NCBI GenBank assembly: GCA_963675595.2
Contig: CAXXLZ010000002.1
Location: 1,472,001 to 1,536,000, forward strand
Direction of reading: 5' to 3'
Origin: Thermodesulfobacteriota bacterium
GTDB lineage: Bacteria > Desulfobacterota > Desulfarculia > JACQYL01
Length of the DNA: 64,000 nt
Under the pieces are notes generated by a model that was not told the origin of the DNA, made no database searches, and worked only from the letters and a program-made list of their open reading frames with translations. How positions within the stretch are numbered: position 1 is the stretch's first letter; the number at the start of each line of letters is the position of its first letter. Position numbers and translations under genes: made by a program. Of this stretch, positions 21,594-31,756 are shown one piece after another.

Positions 21594-21878
21594 ATGGCCG
21601 ACGTCACGTATCCCAAAATTGGTCACAAAGTAACCGCAAAAGTACTCGACATGCAGAACAACTGCACCATCGGCATGAAACCCGGCGACGAGTTCGACCT
21701 CAGCATTCATCAGTGCGGCTCTTTTTGCGGATTGTTCTATCACAACATCCAGGGATGGATTTCGACGCTGCAATTCGGAGGCACATTTCCCATGGGCGAC
21801 AATCCCGACGTCCAAGTTTGGGACTGTCCAAATCCCATGAATCGCGTGAGAGTCGAACTACGCAGAACCAAAGAATAG
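21594..21878 (+). CDS. Small Cys-containing protein, TIGR04076-like family
   Basis: Pattern C..GMKPGDEF ... FC ... L.FGG.FP ... CPNP.N.V..ELRR. ATG follows AAGGAG. Confidence 0.75.
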   Translation: MADVTYPKIGHKVTAKVLDMQNNCTIGMKPGDEFDLSIHQCGSFCGLFYHNIQGWISTLQFGGTFPMGDNPDVQVWDCPNPMNRVRVELRRTKE

Positions 21879-22610
21879 ACGCGCTCCGCGGCGCGAATTC
21901 CACCAACCGAATAGGGCCGACGATAGGGAAATCGGCCGCATTCAAAGGCCGTTAAGGGAAAGAGCCGGCAAGGGGCCAAGCCTCCCTCGATACCGGCGCT
22001 TTTCCCGGAGCGGCCTTTCTTCGCGCAGGATATCTCGATACGCAGTGCCGCTGCACACCTCCGACCTCCGTCTTCCGACGATGATTGTTGTTACTTTGAA
22101 GAGCGGCCCGAGCCCACTCTTTGCGATTCTTCGGAGGGCACTTCGAAAGCCCCACCTTTTTCCATAGGATCCGATACCCCCGCCCCCCTGAAAACGCAGT
22201 CGCCCCTACTTCTCTTCCCATGCGGCTCTCAACCATCCAAACCTTCGCCGGTAGGAGATATTGCGTCCCTAAGTTCGCTCTTCCACCGACACCGCGTCGT
22301 ATCCACTCCAAATGCGTCGCGGCGATAGAAGGTCGATAGGGAAACCTCCAGACATGAAGTGTAACCGCATCCGGCTTTGTGATATCTTTTGAGTCTACAC
22401 GGATTCTTCACATTGGGAAAAACGGATAGCGAAACAACGAAGTCTGAAGGGCCTACCCTTTCGGAAGCATCCTTCGTATTTCAATACCGTTTAATGGCGG
22501 TAAGCCGCGATGGATCATCAAAGATATCCATCGGATTGTCGAATATCCACTTTTTTTAATTGTAGATTCGTTTTCCGCAAACAGGTCCCTTCGTATCGGG
22601 AGCACGGTTG

Positions 22611-25600
22611 ATGACTCATGAAGTGCGAGACAAAGATTTTTGTGATTTCCAAAGATTAATAGACCAATCCCCGGACGGGATATTTCATTACGATATCGCA
22701 TCACGCAAGTTCTCGTTCTGCAACAAAGCATTCCGGAAGATCTTCGGATCGGATGATCCTCACCAAGTCCTGAGCTCAAAAACGGTAGCGTCGCGCATAC
22801 ACCCGGAAGATATCGCAGGCGTCAGGAAAGCACAGCATGAATCCCTCAAGGCCGGCCTCACCACGGGAGAGGTTGAATATAGGCTGCTGAACGACGATGG
22901 TTCCATTCAATGGGTGCATGACAGATGGGTGGTCCTACGCGACGAGTCCGAGCGCCCCATTGCCGTGGAAGGAATCGTTCGCGATTTCACGCGCCAAAAA
23001 GAAACCGAACTGGCCCTGAAGCAAAGCGAGGAGAAGTACCGCCAGACCTTTCACACCATGCCGGACGCCATTGTCATAACGGAATTGGAAACGAGCCGTT
23101 ACGTCGAGGTGAACGAAGCCTTCTGCAGGATGATCGGGTGTTCCCGCGAACAAGTATTGGGACGAACCTTTTCCGATCTCGGAATATTGATCAATCCCGA
23201 AATCCGCCGTTCGATACAGGAAATGCTGGAAAAACAAGGCGAAGTCCAGGGGCTGGAAGTCGAATTCCGCATGATGGACGGCAGGCGCATGCATACGATT
23301 CTTGCCGTGAGACCCATCCACTATGAAGGAAAAGACTGCGTCATTTCCGTGCTGAAGGACATTAACCGCCTCAAACAGGTGGAGCGATCGCTCAGGAAAA
23401 GTGAGGAGCGGCTCAAGCTGGCCCTCGATGGGGCGGAAGGAGGTCTTTGGGATTGGGACATCGAGACCAACGACCTCTATTTCAGCTCGGAGTGGCTCAA
23501 GGTTCTGGGCTATGAAGTCGACGAGGTCCGATCCCGCATGAGCTTCTGGGAAGGCTTGGTTCATTCCCACGATCGTCCGATCGTCAAAAAGGCCTTGATC
23601 GATCTCCTCACCGGGAGAGCCGAATTCTATCAAAACGAGCATCGAGTAAAGACAAAAAGCGGTGAATGGAAGTGGGTGTTGGACCGTGGAAAAGTAGTCA
23701 AAAGAAACGAACAGGGAAGAGCGCTGCGCGCAACGGGAACTCAGATAGACATTACCGAACGCAAACACGCTCAGGAAGCACTCGAGCTGAGTGAGGCCCA
23801 TTTGCGGACCCTCATCGACACGATTCCCGATCTGGTCTGGTGGAAGGACACGGAGGGCGTATATCTGCACTGCAACAAGCGATTCGAAGGGTTCTTCGGC
23901 GCCAAGGAGGAAGACATTGTAGGGAGGACGGACTACGATTTCCTGAGCGACGAGCTGGCCGACTTTTTCCGGAAGCATGACAACATCGCCATGATCGCCG
24001 GAAAACCCACGATGAACGAGGAACGAATCACTTTCGCCGACGACGGCCATGAAGAGTTTCTGGAGACCATTAAAACGCCCGTGCGTGGAGGCGATGGTCG
24101 ACTCATCGGGGTCCTGGGCGTCGGCCGAGACATCACCGAACGGAAGCGCGCGGAGGAAGCGCTTCGGGAAAGCGAAGGTCGTGTGCGTGCCAAGCTCGAA
24201 GCCGTTCTCTCTCCCGAGGGAGGCATCGGAGAGCTGGAACTCGCCGACATTATCGATGTTCAGGCAATTCAGGCCATCATGGACGATTTCTATAGAATCA
24301 CTCACCTCGGTGCCGGGCTTGTAGACACAAAAGGCAATATGCTCGTTTCCACAGGCTGGCAGGACATATGCGCGTATTTCCATCGAACAAATCCGGAAAC
24401 TCTCAAAAACTGTCTGGAAAGCGATGTCACACTGTCTTCCGGTGTCGAACCGGGCTCCTTCAAACTCTATAAATGCAAGAACAACATGTGGGATGTAGTG
24501 ACTCCGATCACCCTGGGCGGAAGCCACAAAGGCAACCTGTTTCTCGGCCAATTTTTCTTCGAAGACGAAGAACCGGACTATGCCGCTTTCCGAACCGCGG
24601 CTGAAAAGCACGGCTTCGATGTGAAGGCATACCTTGCCTCGCTGGATCGCGTGCCTCGTTTAGGCCGTGAGTCGGTCGAGGCGGTCATGTCCTTCTACAG
24701 CCGGTTCGCCGATCTGGTGGCAAGGCTCAGCTACGGCAGTTTGAAGCTCGCCCGCGCTTTGGAGGATCGTAAACGTGCGGAGGAGGAGCGAGAAAAACTC
24801 ACGGCGCAGCTTATCCAAGCCCAGAAGATGGAATCCGTGGGTCGTTTGGCCGGAGGCGTGGCCCACGATTTCAACAACATGCTCGGCGTAATCCTCGGCC
24901 GCACCGAGATGGCCTTGGAGCAGGTGAACTCAGGGCAGCCGTTGTTCGCCGGATTACTGGAAATCCGTGCGGCCGCGGAGCGTTCCGCGGAGCTGACGCG
25001 CCAATTGCTCGGTTTCGCACGCCGGCAAACCATCAAGCCCAGAGTGCTCGATTTGAACGACACGGTGGAAAGCATGCTCAAGATGCTGCGACGTCTCATA
25101 GGCGAAGATATTGAGTTGGATTGGCTGCCCTACGAGAAACTTTGCCCGGTCAAGATAGACCCGAGCCAGATCAATCAGATTCTGGCCAACCTGTGCGTCA
25201 ACGCCCGCGATGCCATTGAGGGAGTGGGCAAGGTCACCCTGGAAACGGGACACGCAAGTCTGGACCAAATTTACCGTGACGCACATCCGGGTTTCGCGCC
25301 CGGCGATTTCGTGCTGCTGGCGATCAGCGATAACGGCTGCGGCATGGACAAAGAAACCATGGACAAGATTTTCGAGCCGTTCTTCACCACCAAGGGCATG
25401 GCCGAGGGAACCGGCTTGGGGCTCGCCACGGTCTACGGCATCGTCAAACAGAACAACGGCTTCATCAACGTCTACAGCGAACCGAAGCGGGGAACGACTT
25501 TCAAAATCTACCTGCCCAAACACGGAACCAACGCGGACCAGGTTCAACAAGAGGTCAAAGCCACGACCCTTCAAACAGGCGACGAAACCATCCTCCTGGT

Positions 25601-25733
25601 GGAGGACGAACGCGCCACGCTGAACGTCACCAATGCGATGCTCGACAGGCTCGGATACCGGGTCCTGGCCGCCGCCACGCCTCAGGAAGCCATCCCTGGT
25701 CATGCCCGGAATGAACGGTCGACAATTGGCTGA
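22611..25733 (+). CDS. PAS(x4)-PocR-HK hybrid kinase; REC domain broken by a deletion frameshift at about 25695
   Basis: PAS repeats; PocR (GWQDICAYFHR...CLESD...YKCKNNM...LGQFF); AHDFNNML; HATPase. REC begins ILLVEDE and leaves frame after ATPQEAI. Confidence 0.88.
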   Translation: MTHEVRDKDFCDFQRLIDQSPDGIFHYDIASRKFSFCNKAFRKIFGSDDPHQVLSSKTVASRIHPEDIAGVRKAQHESLKAGLTTGEVEYRLLNDDGSIQWVHDRWVVLRDESERPIAVEGIVRDFTRQKETELALKQSEEKYRQTFHTMPDAIVITELETSRYVEVNEAFCRMIGCSREQVLGRTFSDLGILINPEIRRSIQEMLEKQGEVQGLEVEFRMMDGRRMHTILAVRPIHYEGKDCVISVLKDINRLKQVERSLRKSEERLKLALDGAEGGLWDWDIETNDLYFSSEWLKVLGYEVDEVRSRMSFWEGLVHSHDRPIVKKALIDLLTGRAEFYQNEHRVKTKSGEWKWVLDRGKVVKRNEQGRALRATGTQIDITERKHAQEALELSEAHLRTLIDTIPDLVWWKDTEGVYLHCNKRFEGFFGAKEEDIVGRTDYDFLSDELADFFRKHDNIAMIAGKPTMNEERITFADDGHEEFLETIKTPVRGGDGRLIGVLGVGRDITERKRAEEALRESEGRVRAKLEAVLSPEGGIGELELADIIDVQAIQAIMDDFYRITHLGAGLVDTKGNMLVSTGWQDICAYFHRTNPETLKNCLESDVTLSSGVEPGSFKLYKCKNNMWDVVTPITLGGSHKGNLFLGQFFFEDEEPDYAAFRTAAEKHGFDVKAYLASLDRVPRLGRESVEAVMSFYSRFADLVARLSYGSLKLARALEDRKRAEEEREKLTAQLIQAQKMESVGRLAGGVAHDFNNMLGVILGRTEMALEQVNSGQPLFAGLLEIRAAAERSAELTRQLLGFARRQTIKPRVLDLNDTVESMLKMLRRLIGEDIELDWLPYEKLCPVKIDPSQINQILANLCVNARDAIEGVGKVTLETGHASLDQIYRDAHPGFAPGDFVLLAISDNGCGMDKETMDKIFEPFFTTKGMAEGTGLGLATVYGIVKQNNGFINVYSEPKRGTTFKIYLPKHGTNADQVQQEVKATTLQTGDETILLVEDERATLNVTNAMLDRLGYRVLAAATPQEAIPGHARNERSTIG

Positions 25734-25941
25734 AAAGCTCCTGGGCCTGGTTCCCGAACTGAAGATACTTTTCACTTCCGGCTACACGGCCAACGTCATC
25801 GTGCACCACGGCGTTCTCGACGAAGGCCTGAACTTCATTCCAAAGCCCTTCTCCCTGCAGGACCTGGCCGCGAAGATACGAGAAGCGCTGTCTTCAAACA
25901 ACTCATCATCCTCGGCGCTCAGAGCGCAGGTGACCCCCTGA
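25699..25941 (+). pseudogene. Out-of-frame remainder of the REC domain of the upstream kinase
   Basis: VMPGMNGRQLAEKL...KILFTSGYTANVIVHHGVLDEGLNFIPKPF in a different frame. Confidence 0.88.
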
Positions 25942-26167
25942 AAGCGGATACAAGCCGGAACCTCGGCACCGCCAAAGGCCGTGTGATGTAATCGGACGGA
26001 GGACCGTCGGATCGACAGGGGAGCCTCGAGAGGAACCGGACATCTCTTCTCGAATCCCGGTTTCAGTCTCCGCTTGAGGCCCACTGTATTCACTCCACCG
26101 GATATTTCCCGGTCGTCGGTTCAAGCTCCCGCCTGAGCCGCGCCCCCATCAGGCATTTCGCGCCCTC

Positions 26168-28804
26168 TCATTTGTCGCCGTCCTGTTTCTTATCCTGCTC
26201 GGAGGCCGGAAAACGGCTCTGCGCCCTCTGCTCCATTTCTTTCGCGCGCGCTCTCAGCCCCGCATAAGCCGCTTCGAGGGATTTGTCCATGACCGCGACG
26301 TGGCCTTCGGTCATCACCACGCGTTGCAGCTCCGGTATGGTTCGACGCGTCTTCGCCTCAAGGAAGATGGGTTGGATGTAAATCACCGTGTTGTTGACCG
26401 GTAGAATCACCATTTTGCCGCGCTGGATCCTCGATCCGGACATATCCCAAAGGTTGAACTGCTCGGCGATGGTGGGCTCGGCGTTGATGATGGCCGCCAT
26501 CTGAACGGGACTGTAAACCACCTCTCCTTTGGGAAAAGAATAGATGATGATCTTCCCGTAGTTTTCACCGTCGCAACCGCCCACCGCCAGAGCCCGCAAA
26601 TTGTCCACCCCCAGCGGAGTCATAGGTTGCATGATCAGGAATTCAAGTGTTCCGGGTTCGAACAGATCGAGGGTCAGGTAATACGGCTGGACCCTCAGAG
26701 AGTTCTTTCCCTGCAGTGTCTTGGCGAATTCCCAAACGTCCTCCTGCTCGAAAAATGTGACGGGATCGGTCTGGTGATATTTCCGATACATGCTCATTTG
26801 AATCTCAAAAAAGTCCTTCGGATAGCGGACGTGCTTCTTCAAAGCGTCGGGCATTTCGTCCCTGTCCTTGAACAGGCCCGGATAGATCCTGTTGTAGGCC
26901 CGGACGATGGGGTCCTTGGGATCGAAGATGTAGAAATCGACGCTGCCGTCATAAGCGTCCACAACGATTTTGACGGAGTTGCGGATGTAGTTGAAGTGGT
27001 GTCCCTGAAAATCCATCGGCTGAGAGGCGGGATAACGATCAGAGATGGTATAGGCGTCCTGAATCCAATAGAGCCCGTCCGGCGTTATCACCGGATAGAT
27101 TTTCCCGTCCGGAAGCAGATACGGAGCCAGGGTCCGTATGCGCTCAAGGACGTTGCGGCGGAACAGAATTCGACTTTCATCCGTCAACAACGTGGATACG
27201 AGGATGTTCTTGTCCTTGAAATGATAGGCGAAAACGGCACGCGTCGGAAGCGACGACAATTTCACTCCGCCGTGTCCTCCGTAATGCGAGGTGACGAATT
27301 GGTCTTCCCGGGCATAATCGAACTCACCGGATTCATTGGGAGCGATCACAAATTGATTGAATTGACCCACACCAAAGTAGATTTCAGGACGGTTGGTTAA
27401 GATCCCGAATTGGGATTCCAAAGGAATTCCGTGCACGAACCAGACAAAAGGGTCGGCGCCGGTCTGACTCGCCGGACTCATGACGAGCCCGTATCCGTGG
27501 GTATAGTCGAGGTGTTTATTGACCCAGGTCCGGGCGGTTCCCGGAAGGAGGTCATAATTGAGCTCACGGGCGGCCAAGAACACCTGCTGGTAATCCCGTT
27601 CCACCGTATAGCGTCCCACGCCGATGTCCGGAAAATCATAGTACGTACGAAGTACCTGCAGTTCATCATAAACCGCCTTCAATTCACCTTCTTCCCATAA
27701 CGGGACGTTTCGCAACACCTTCCCAACCGACGGCGCATCAATACCCGCGGAAAGAAGTCCCGGCCTGAAATCCCGCACCTCCACTCGATCGAGACCATAA
27801 CCGTGTAACGTGGCCCGGACGTTCTTATCGATGTACGGTTTCTCCCTCACAAGGCGGTCGGGATCGACCCAGTATCGAGCGATTTCCTTTCCCACGAAAT
27901 CGACGTGCCGCAATCCCACCACCAGGAGGAAACAGGCAACCAGAATCCCCCCGATCACAAATCCCCGCCGCCGAATGACGGCCACCATGGCGAGGATGCC
28001 GATTCCGGCCAAGAGCAGCATTTGAGCCCAAATCAGAACGAGCTCATATTTCACTTCCAGGTACCCCGGTCCGAAAAAGAGCGGTTCATGCTTGGTCACA
28101 TACACGAGGCCGTATCGTTGGAGGCTGAAATTCCATATCGCCGCAAGCGTGATAAGTCCCGCCATCACGGCGAGATGCCACGCCGCCAGTCTTCGAAACC
28201 CTTTCTTCTCCTTGACTCGAGTGTAATGCTCCAATCCGTAGAGAATCGCCAGGCCGACAAACAAGATCAACAATGCAATAAACACACGACTCTGTACCAA
28301 AGTGTATACGGGGTAGGAGAACAGGTAATAGGAGATGTCTCTACCAAAAACCGTGTCCGGTATTCCGGATGACGGCCCAAAAATATAGAATATAAACTCT
28401 TCCCAATGTTGAAACAAAGGAATGGCGACAATGATAGATAAGAACATCGACAATGGAATATAAACAAATCGCGATCCTGTCTTAAGGGATCTGCCCAATC
28501 TGCCTAATCGAAACTTACTCTCGGAAGGAGTGGTTGTCTTTCTTAGATATCTGGTAGCAAGGCGAAAGTTCAAGAAGAATATACTGAAGAATACTATCGT
28601 CACTATAGTGAATACGGCGTATCGGTAGAGAAGCCTTAGCCAGAAATATAATGAGTATCCAACCGAGTCGAACCACCACATATCAATAAGAAAATTCGAC
28701 ATGTACAAAGCCGATATCAAAATAATCACCGCAATACCGATCATGCTTCCGAAGACGACCCAAGATATCCTCTTCCAAGATCGGCGTTGCTCATTATCGT
28801 GCAT
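26168..28804 (-). CDS. UPF0182 family membrane protein
   Basis: DMWWFDSVGY, D.VFGRDISYYLF, YTHGYG, FNYIRNSVKIVVDAYDG, RYPKDFF; multiple N-terminal TM segments. Confidence 0.92.
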   Translation of the reverse strand: MHDNEQRRSWKRISWVVFGSMIGIAVIILISALYMSNFLIDMWWFDSVGYSLYFWLRLLYRYAVFTIVTIVFFSIFFLNFRLATRYLRKTTTPSESKFRLGRLGRSLKTGSRFVYIPLSMFLSIIVAIPLFQHWEEFIFYIFGPSSGIPDTVFGRDISYYLFSYPVYTLVQSRVFIALLILFVGLAILYGLEHYTRVKEKKGFRRLAAWHLAVMAGLITLAAIWNFSLQRYGLVYVTKHEPLFFGPGYLEVKYELVLIWAQMLLLAGIGILAMVAVIRRRGFVIGGILVACFLLVVGLRHVDFVGKEIARYWVDPDRLVREKPYIDKNVRATLHGYGLDRVEVRDFRPGLLSAGIDAPSVGKVLRNVPLWEEGELKAVYDELQVLRTYYDFPDIGVGRYTVERDYQQVFLAARELNYDLLPGTARTWVNKHLDYTHGYGLVMSPASQTGADPFVWFVHGIPLESQFGILTNRPEIYFGVGQFNQFVIAPNESGEFDYAREDQFVTSHYGGHGGVKLSSLPTRAVFAYHFKDKNILVSTLLTDESRILFRRNVLERIRTLAPYLLPDGKIYPVITPDGLYWIQDAYTISDRYPASQPMDFQGHHFNYIRNSVKIVVDAYDGSVDFYIFDPKDPIVRAYNRIYPGLFKDRDEMPDALKKHVRYPKDFFEIQMSMYRKYHQTDPVTFFEQEDVWEFAKTLQGKNSLRVQPYYLTLDLFEPGTLEFLIMQPMTPLGVDNLRALAVGGCDGENYGKIIIYSFPKGEVVYSPVQMAAIINAEPTIAEQFNLWDMSGSRIQRGKMVILPVNNTVIYIQPIFLEAKTRRTIPELQRVVMTEGHVAVMDKSLEAAYAGLRARAKEMEQRAQSRFPASEQDKKQDGDK

Positions 28805-29444
28805 TGGCTTCTCCTCTTCCCACGATCTGTAAATGATGATCCTTCTTCTCCCGCCGCTCTGAAAAAATCAGGGCCGAGGCGGAATTATTCCTGAAATTCA
28901 CGAATAGGGTGAATAGTCTGTGTTATGTATTTTCTCACGGATTGAAATGTATACGTCGCCGCCTGCCGCGGCCGCGAATCGGATATTTCGGGGAGCCCGG
29001 CATCGGCGACGGTGTTTACGTTGAAAAGGAATTACGTGGACGGAGAATTCCGGGTATCGCCTTTCCGCTCTCCCGGCGAACAGGTGTCGACAAATGCTCC
29101 GGCCCACAATAGGGGCTTTCGTGGGGAAAATCTGAAGTGCGTTCCGGACGACCTGGAGGAGAGTTCGCCGCGTCATAGGGGTTGGGTTCTTCGGAACGCC
29201 CCTTCCGGCTCCGGGAACGGATCGCAGCCGTCTTGAAAGAAAAAATGAGCTTCGAAAAAGCTCCGTTTCGACGAAAGGTGATCGAAATCTCTTGCAGCCG
29301 CACAACCCGGGAACACCGAGACGGCGTTTCGGGATTTCCTTCCCCGACATGCCGGAGCCGACGCCTTCCACAAGGTCCCCGCAGGGAAGACCGGGAGAGG
29401 CTCTCTTTAAACGGACCGACGCCGCAGCCCCTTAGTCGGAAGCC

Positions 29445-29687
29445 CTATTCCACGGGAATTTCTTCGCCCTTTGCCCTGTCGGGCCATTCTATTTCCAACA
29501 AGCCTTTCTCCACAAACCGGACCTTGATATCGCTTTTTTCAACCCCTTTGCCGATATAGAGTCGTAATAGGTGAGAATCGGCAGTTCGGGTATGTTTCAC
29601 CTTAAAAGGTCTTGGTCCCAGAAATGCTCCCACTCCGAAAGGACCTATTCTGATATCAAACAAATCGTCCCAGTCATCATATTTCAT
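29445..29687 (-). CDS. Small Hsp20/alpha-crystallin-like protein (80 aa, shortened domain)
   Basis: GVEKSDIKVRFVEKGLLEI resembles sHSP PGV.K.DI.V....L.I; C-terminal IPV (IxI/V) motif; GGGAG SD before ATG 29687. Confidence 0.55.
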   Translation of the reverse strand: MKYDDWDDLFDIRIGPFGVGAFLGPRPFKVKHTRTADSHLLRLYIGKGVEKSDIKVRFVEKGLLEIEWPDRAKGEEIPVE

Positions 29688-30016
29688 GCGATCTCTCCCA
29701 AGAAATAGCTTAAACATATATCGGTTACCTCTTTCCACGCAGTCTGCCATTACTATATAAACAAGTCAATTTATTCCTAATTAAGAGACTATTGGGCGTT
29801 TCCGGAACTTCTTTCTCCGTTTTCAACATGACTCAAACCGAATAGATGAGCAGGATGGTTTATTGGATGCCTGAAAGGACGTATACAGAGCTCACTTTGC
29901 TTCCTCTGCGTCAATACGTGGAGCCCCTCGTTGACTCCGAAGGGAAAAATTGCTAACCCGTGCGTGCGGACGGCCCGAAACCGCTTACCATTTCGAAATG
30001 CGAAGGAGATTCGGCT

Positions 30017-30718
30017 GTGAAGGACTTTCAGGTCAAAAAGATGTTCGAAAACATAGCCTTCTCCTACGATCTCCAGAACAGTGTCCTATCTCTGGGCCGG
30101 GACATTCACTGGAGGCGGGTTCTGTCGAAATCAACGCACCTCGGAAGAGGTGGGAGGATACTCGATCTGGCCACAGGGACCTGCGAGGTGGCCATGGACA
30201 TTTGTAGGCGCCATCCGCGGGCACGGGTCGTGGGGGTGGATTTTTCACCCGGCATGTTGGCCATCGGCAGGAAAAAGGTGGAGTCCGGGGGCCTGCAAGC
30301 GAGGATTCTTCTGCTGCTCGGTGACGGACGCCGACTGCCGCTCCGGGATGCCTCATTCGATTGCGTGACCATGGCCTTCGGCATTCGCAACATCGAAAAC
30401 CGCCGCTCCGTGCTCGACGAGATGCATCGCGTCCTGAAGGAGAACGGCCGGCTCCTCATCATGGAGTTCGATTATCCCGAACCCTCCTTCCTGAAGCGTC
30501 TCTACAGCCTGTACTTTCATCATGTTCTGCCTCCGCTGGGGAATTGGCTTTCGCGGACCGACTACGCTTATACTTATCTCGTCGAATCCATCCGCGGCTT
30601 TCCCTCGGAAGAGGGATTTCGGAATGAAATCGCCGAGGCCGGCTTTGAACGCGTTGAAAGTCGGAGCTTGACCTTCGGTATTGCCAAAATTTACAGCGCA
30701 ACCAAGAAATCGGTGTAG
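30017..30718 (+). CDS. ubiE: UbiE/MenG-family quinone C-methyltransferase
   Basis: VKKMFENIAFSYDLQNSVLSLG...WRR, LDLATGT, MAFGIRN, AYTYLVESIRGFP, LTFGIA. GTG follows AAGGAG. Confidence 0.85.
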   Translation: MKDFQVKKMFENIAFSYDLQNSVLSLGRDIHWRRVLSKSTHLGRGGRILDLATGTCEVAMDICRRHPRARVVGVDFSPGMLAIGRKKVESGGLQARILLLLGDGRRLPLRDASFDCVTMAFGIRNIENRRSVLDEMHRVLKENGRLLIMEFDYPEPSFLKRLYSLYFHHVLPPLGNWLSRTDYAYTYLVESIRGFPSEEGFRNEIAEAGFERVESRSLTFGIAKIYSATKKSV

Positions 30719-30724
30719 AAGCTT

Positions 30725-31318
30725 ATGGAAGTCAACTGGCCGGAACGAGTTTGGGTGAACAGCCCGGTACGCAAATTCGTGCAGATGAGGGAGGTAGCCT
30801 GGTTCAAAAGGACGCGCCCTCTGAAGCCGGGCGGTACGGTTCTGGAAATCGGATGCGGATGCGGCACGGGTGCCCGCATGGTTTGGACGACTTTTGCTCC
30901 TAAACGGATCGAAGCCATCGATATCGATCCGGAAATGATCAAACTGGCCCTGCGAAAGTATCCCCCCTCAGACAGGAACCCCATCCGTTTCTCGGTGGCC
31001 GACGCGCAGGAACTCCCTCACGAAAACGCCTCTTTCCAAGCCGTTTTCAATTTCGGAATCATACATCATCTGGAGGACTGGAGGCGTGGAATCGGAGAAA
31101 TCGCCCGCGTCCTGGTCAAGGGCGGCGCCTTCTATTTCGAAGAAATCTACCCTCCCCTTTACGCCAATCGCCTGTTCCGACGCCTGCTGGCGCACCCCAC
31201 GAAAGACCGCTTCCACGGCCCCGAGTTCCGTGCCGCCTTGGCGAATGTGGGATTGAGGCTCATTCCTTCGTACAGGGAAAGCCGTTTCGGCATTCTAGGG
31301 ATCGCGGAAAAGGAATAA
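30725..31318 (+). CDS. Class I SAM-dependent methyltransferase
   Basis: VLEIGCGCG motif I, DAQELP, FGIIHH, EIARVLVKGG. Confidence 0.88.
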   Translation: MEVNWPERVWVNSPVRKFVQMREVAWFKRTRPLKPGGTVLEIGCGCGTGARMVWTTFAPKRIEAIDIDPEMIKLALRKYPPSDRNPIRFSVADAQELPHENASFQAVFNFGIIHHLEDWRRGIGEIARVLVKGGAFYFEEIYPPLYANRLFRRLLAHPTKDRFHGPEFRAALANVGLRLIPSYRESRFGILGIAEKE

Positions 31319-31325
31319 ACGTTCA

Positions 31326-31383
31326 ACAGGCTGGTACGGAGCGCGATCCGCGGCGTACTCCACGCACACCTCATTCCTTGCGA
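31326..31383 (+). repeat. Repeat family A (MITE/REPIN-like), truncated copy
   Basis: ACAGGCTGG...CGCGATCCGCGGCGTACTCCA...CCTCATTCCT aligns with the revcomp of 39147-39297 and 46645-46766. Confidence 0.7.
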
Positions 31384-31410
31384 CCGGATTTTGTCGCTGT
31401 TCACAGGGTA

Positions 31411-31463
31411 GGTGGTGAAACCTTTTGGAAAAGGTTTCACCAGCCCCCTTCCAAAACTTCCTG
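31411..31463 (-). repeat. Repeat family B (REP-like), partial reverse copy with 14-bp hairpin
   Basis: TGGTGAAACCTTTT-GG-AAAAGGTTTCACCA (31413-31442) followed by GCCCCCTTCCAAAACTT. Confidence 0.65.
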
Positions 31464-31583
31464 AGCTGGTTGCTCGCTTCCGCGTCGCAACCGGGGTGAG
31501 GGGTTCTTGGGAGACCGATTGCCGGACGTATTAGGGTATTAGGAACGGAGCCTTCGACAAAGGCGTCCGAGTCCGGAAATCCA

Positions 31584-31680
31584 CTCACCGCATGGAGCCC
31601 TTCCGCCGGAGGCGGTGAGGCCTAGTTGAAATTTTTGAGGGGGGGTACCGGGGGGGAACTTTTTAAAAAGTTCCCCCCCG
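31584..31680 (+). repeat. Repeat family B copy ending in a perfect 32-bp palindrome
   Basis: CTCACCGC...GCGGTGAG stem, then CGGGGGGGAACTTTTTAAAAAGTTCCCCCCCG (31649-31680). Confidence 0.8.
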
Positions 31681-31756
31681 TGAATGCTTACCGGATTTTT
31701 TCACGGGCCGGCGGGGAAAGACGGACAAGGGGCATCTTCGAGGACGGTGTAGGGGT

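Noticed and set aside
22935-24611. Long antisense ORFs (e.g. 558 aa here, 7047-8510, 9782-11062, 48770-50113)
   Set aside because: Shadow ORFs opposite well-supported genes in GC-rich DNA, with no recognisable motifs.
28340-28804. AT-rich 5' part of the UPF0182 gene as a sign of mosaic origin
   Set aside because: Largely explained by Ile/Phe/Tyr-rich transmembrane segments; cannot be separated from composition by eye.
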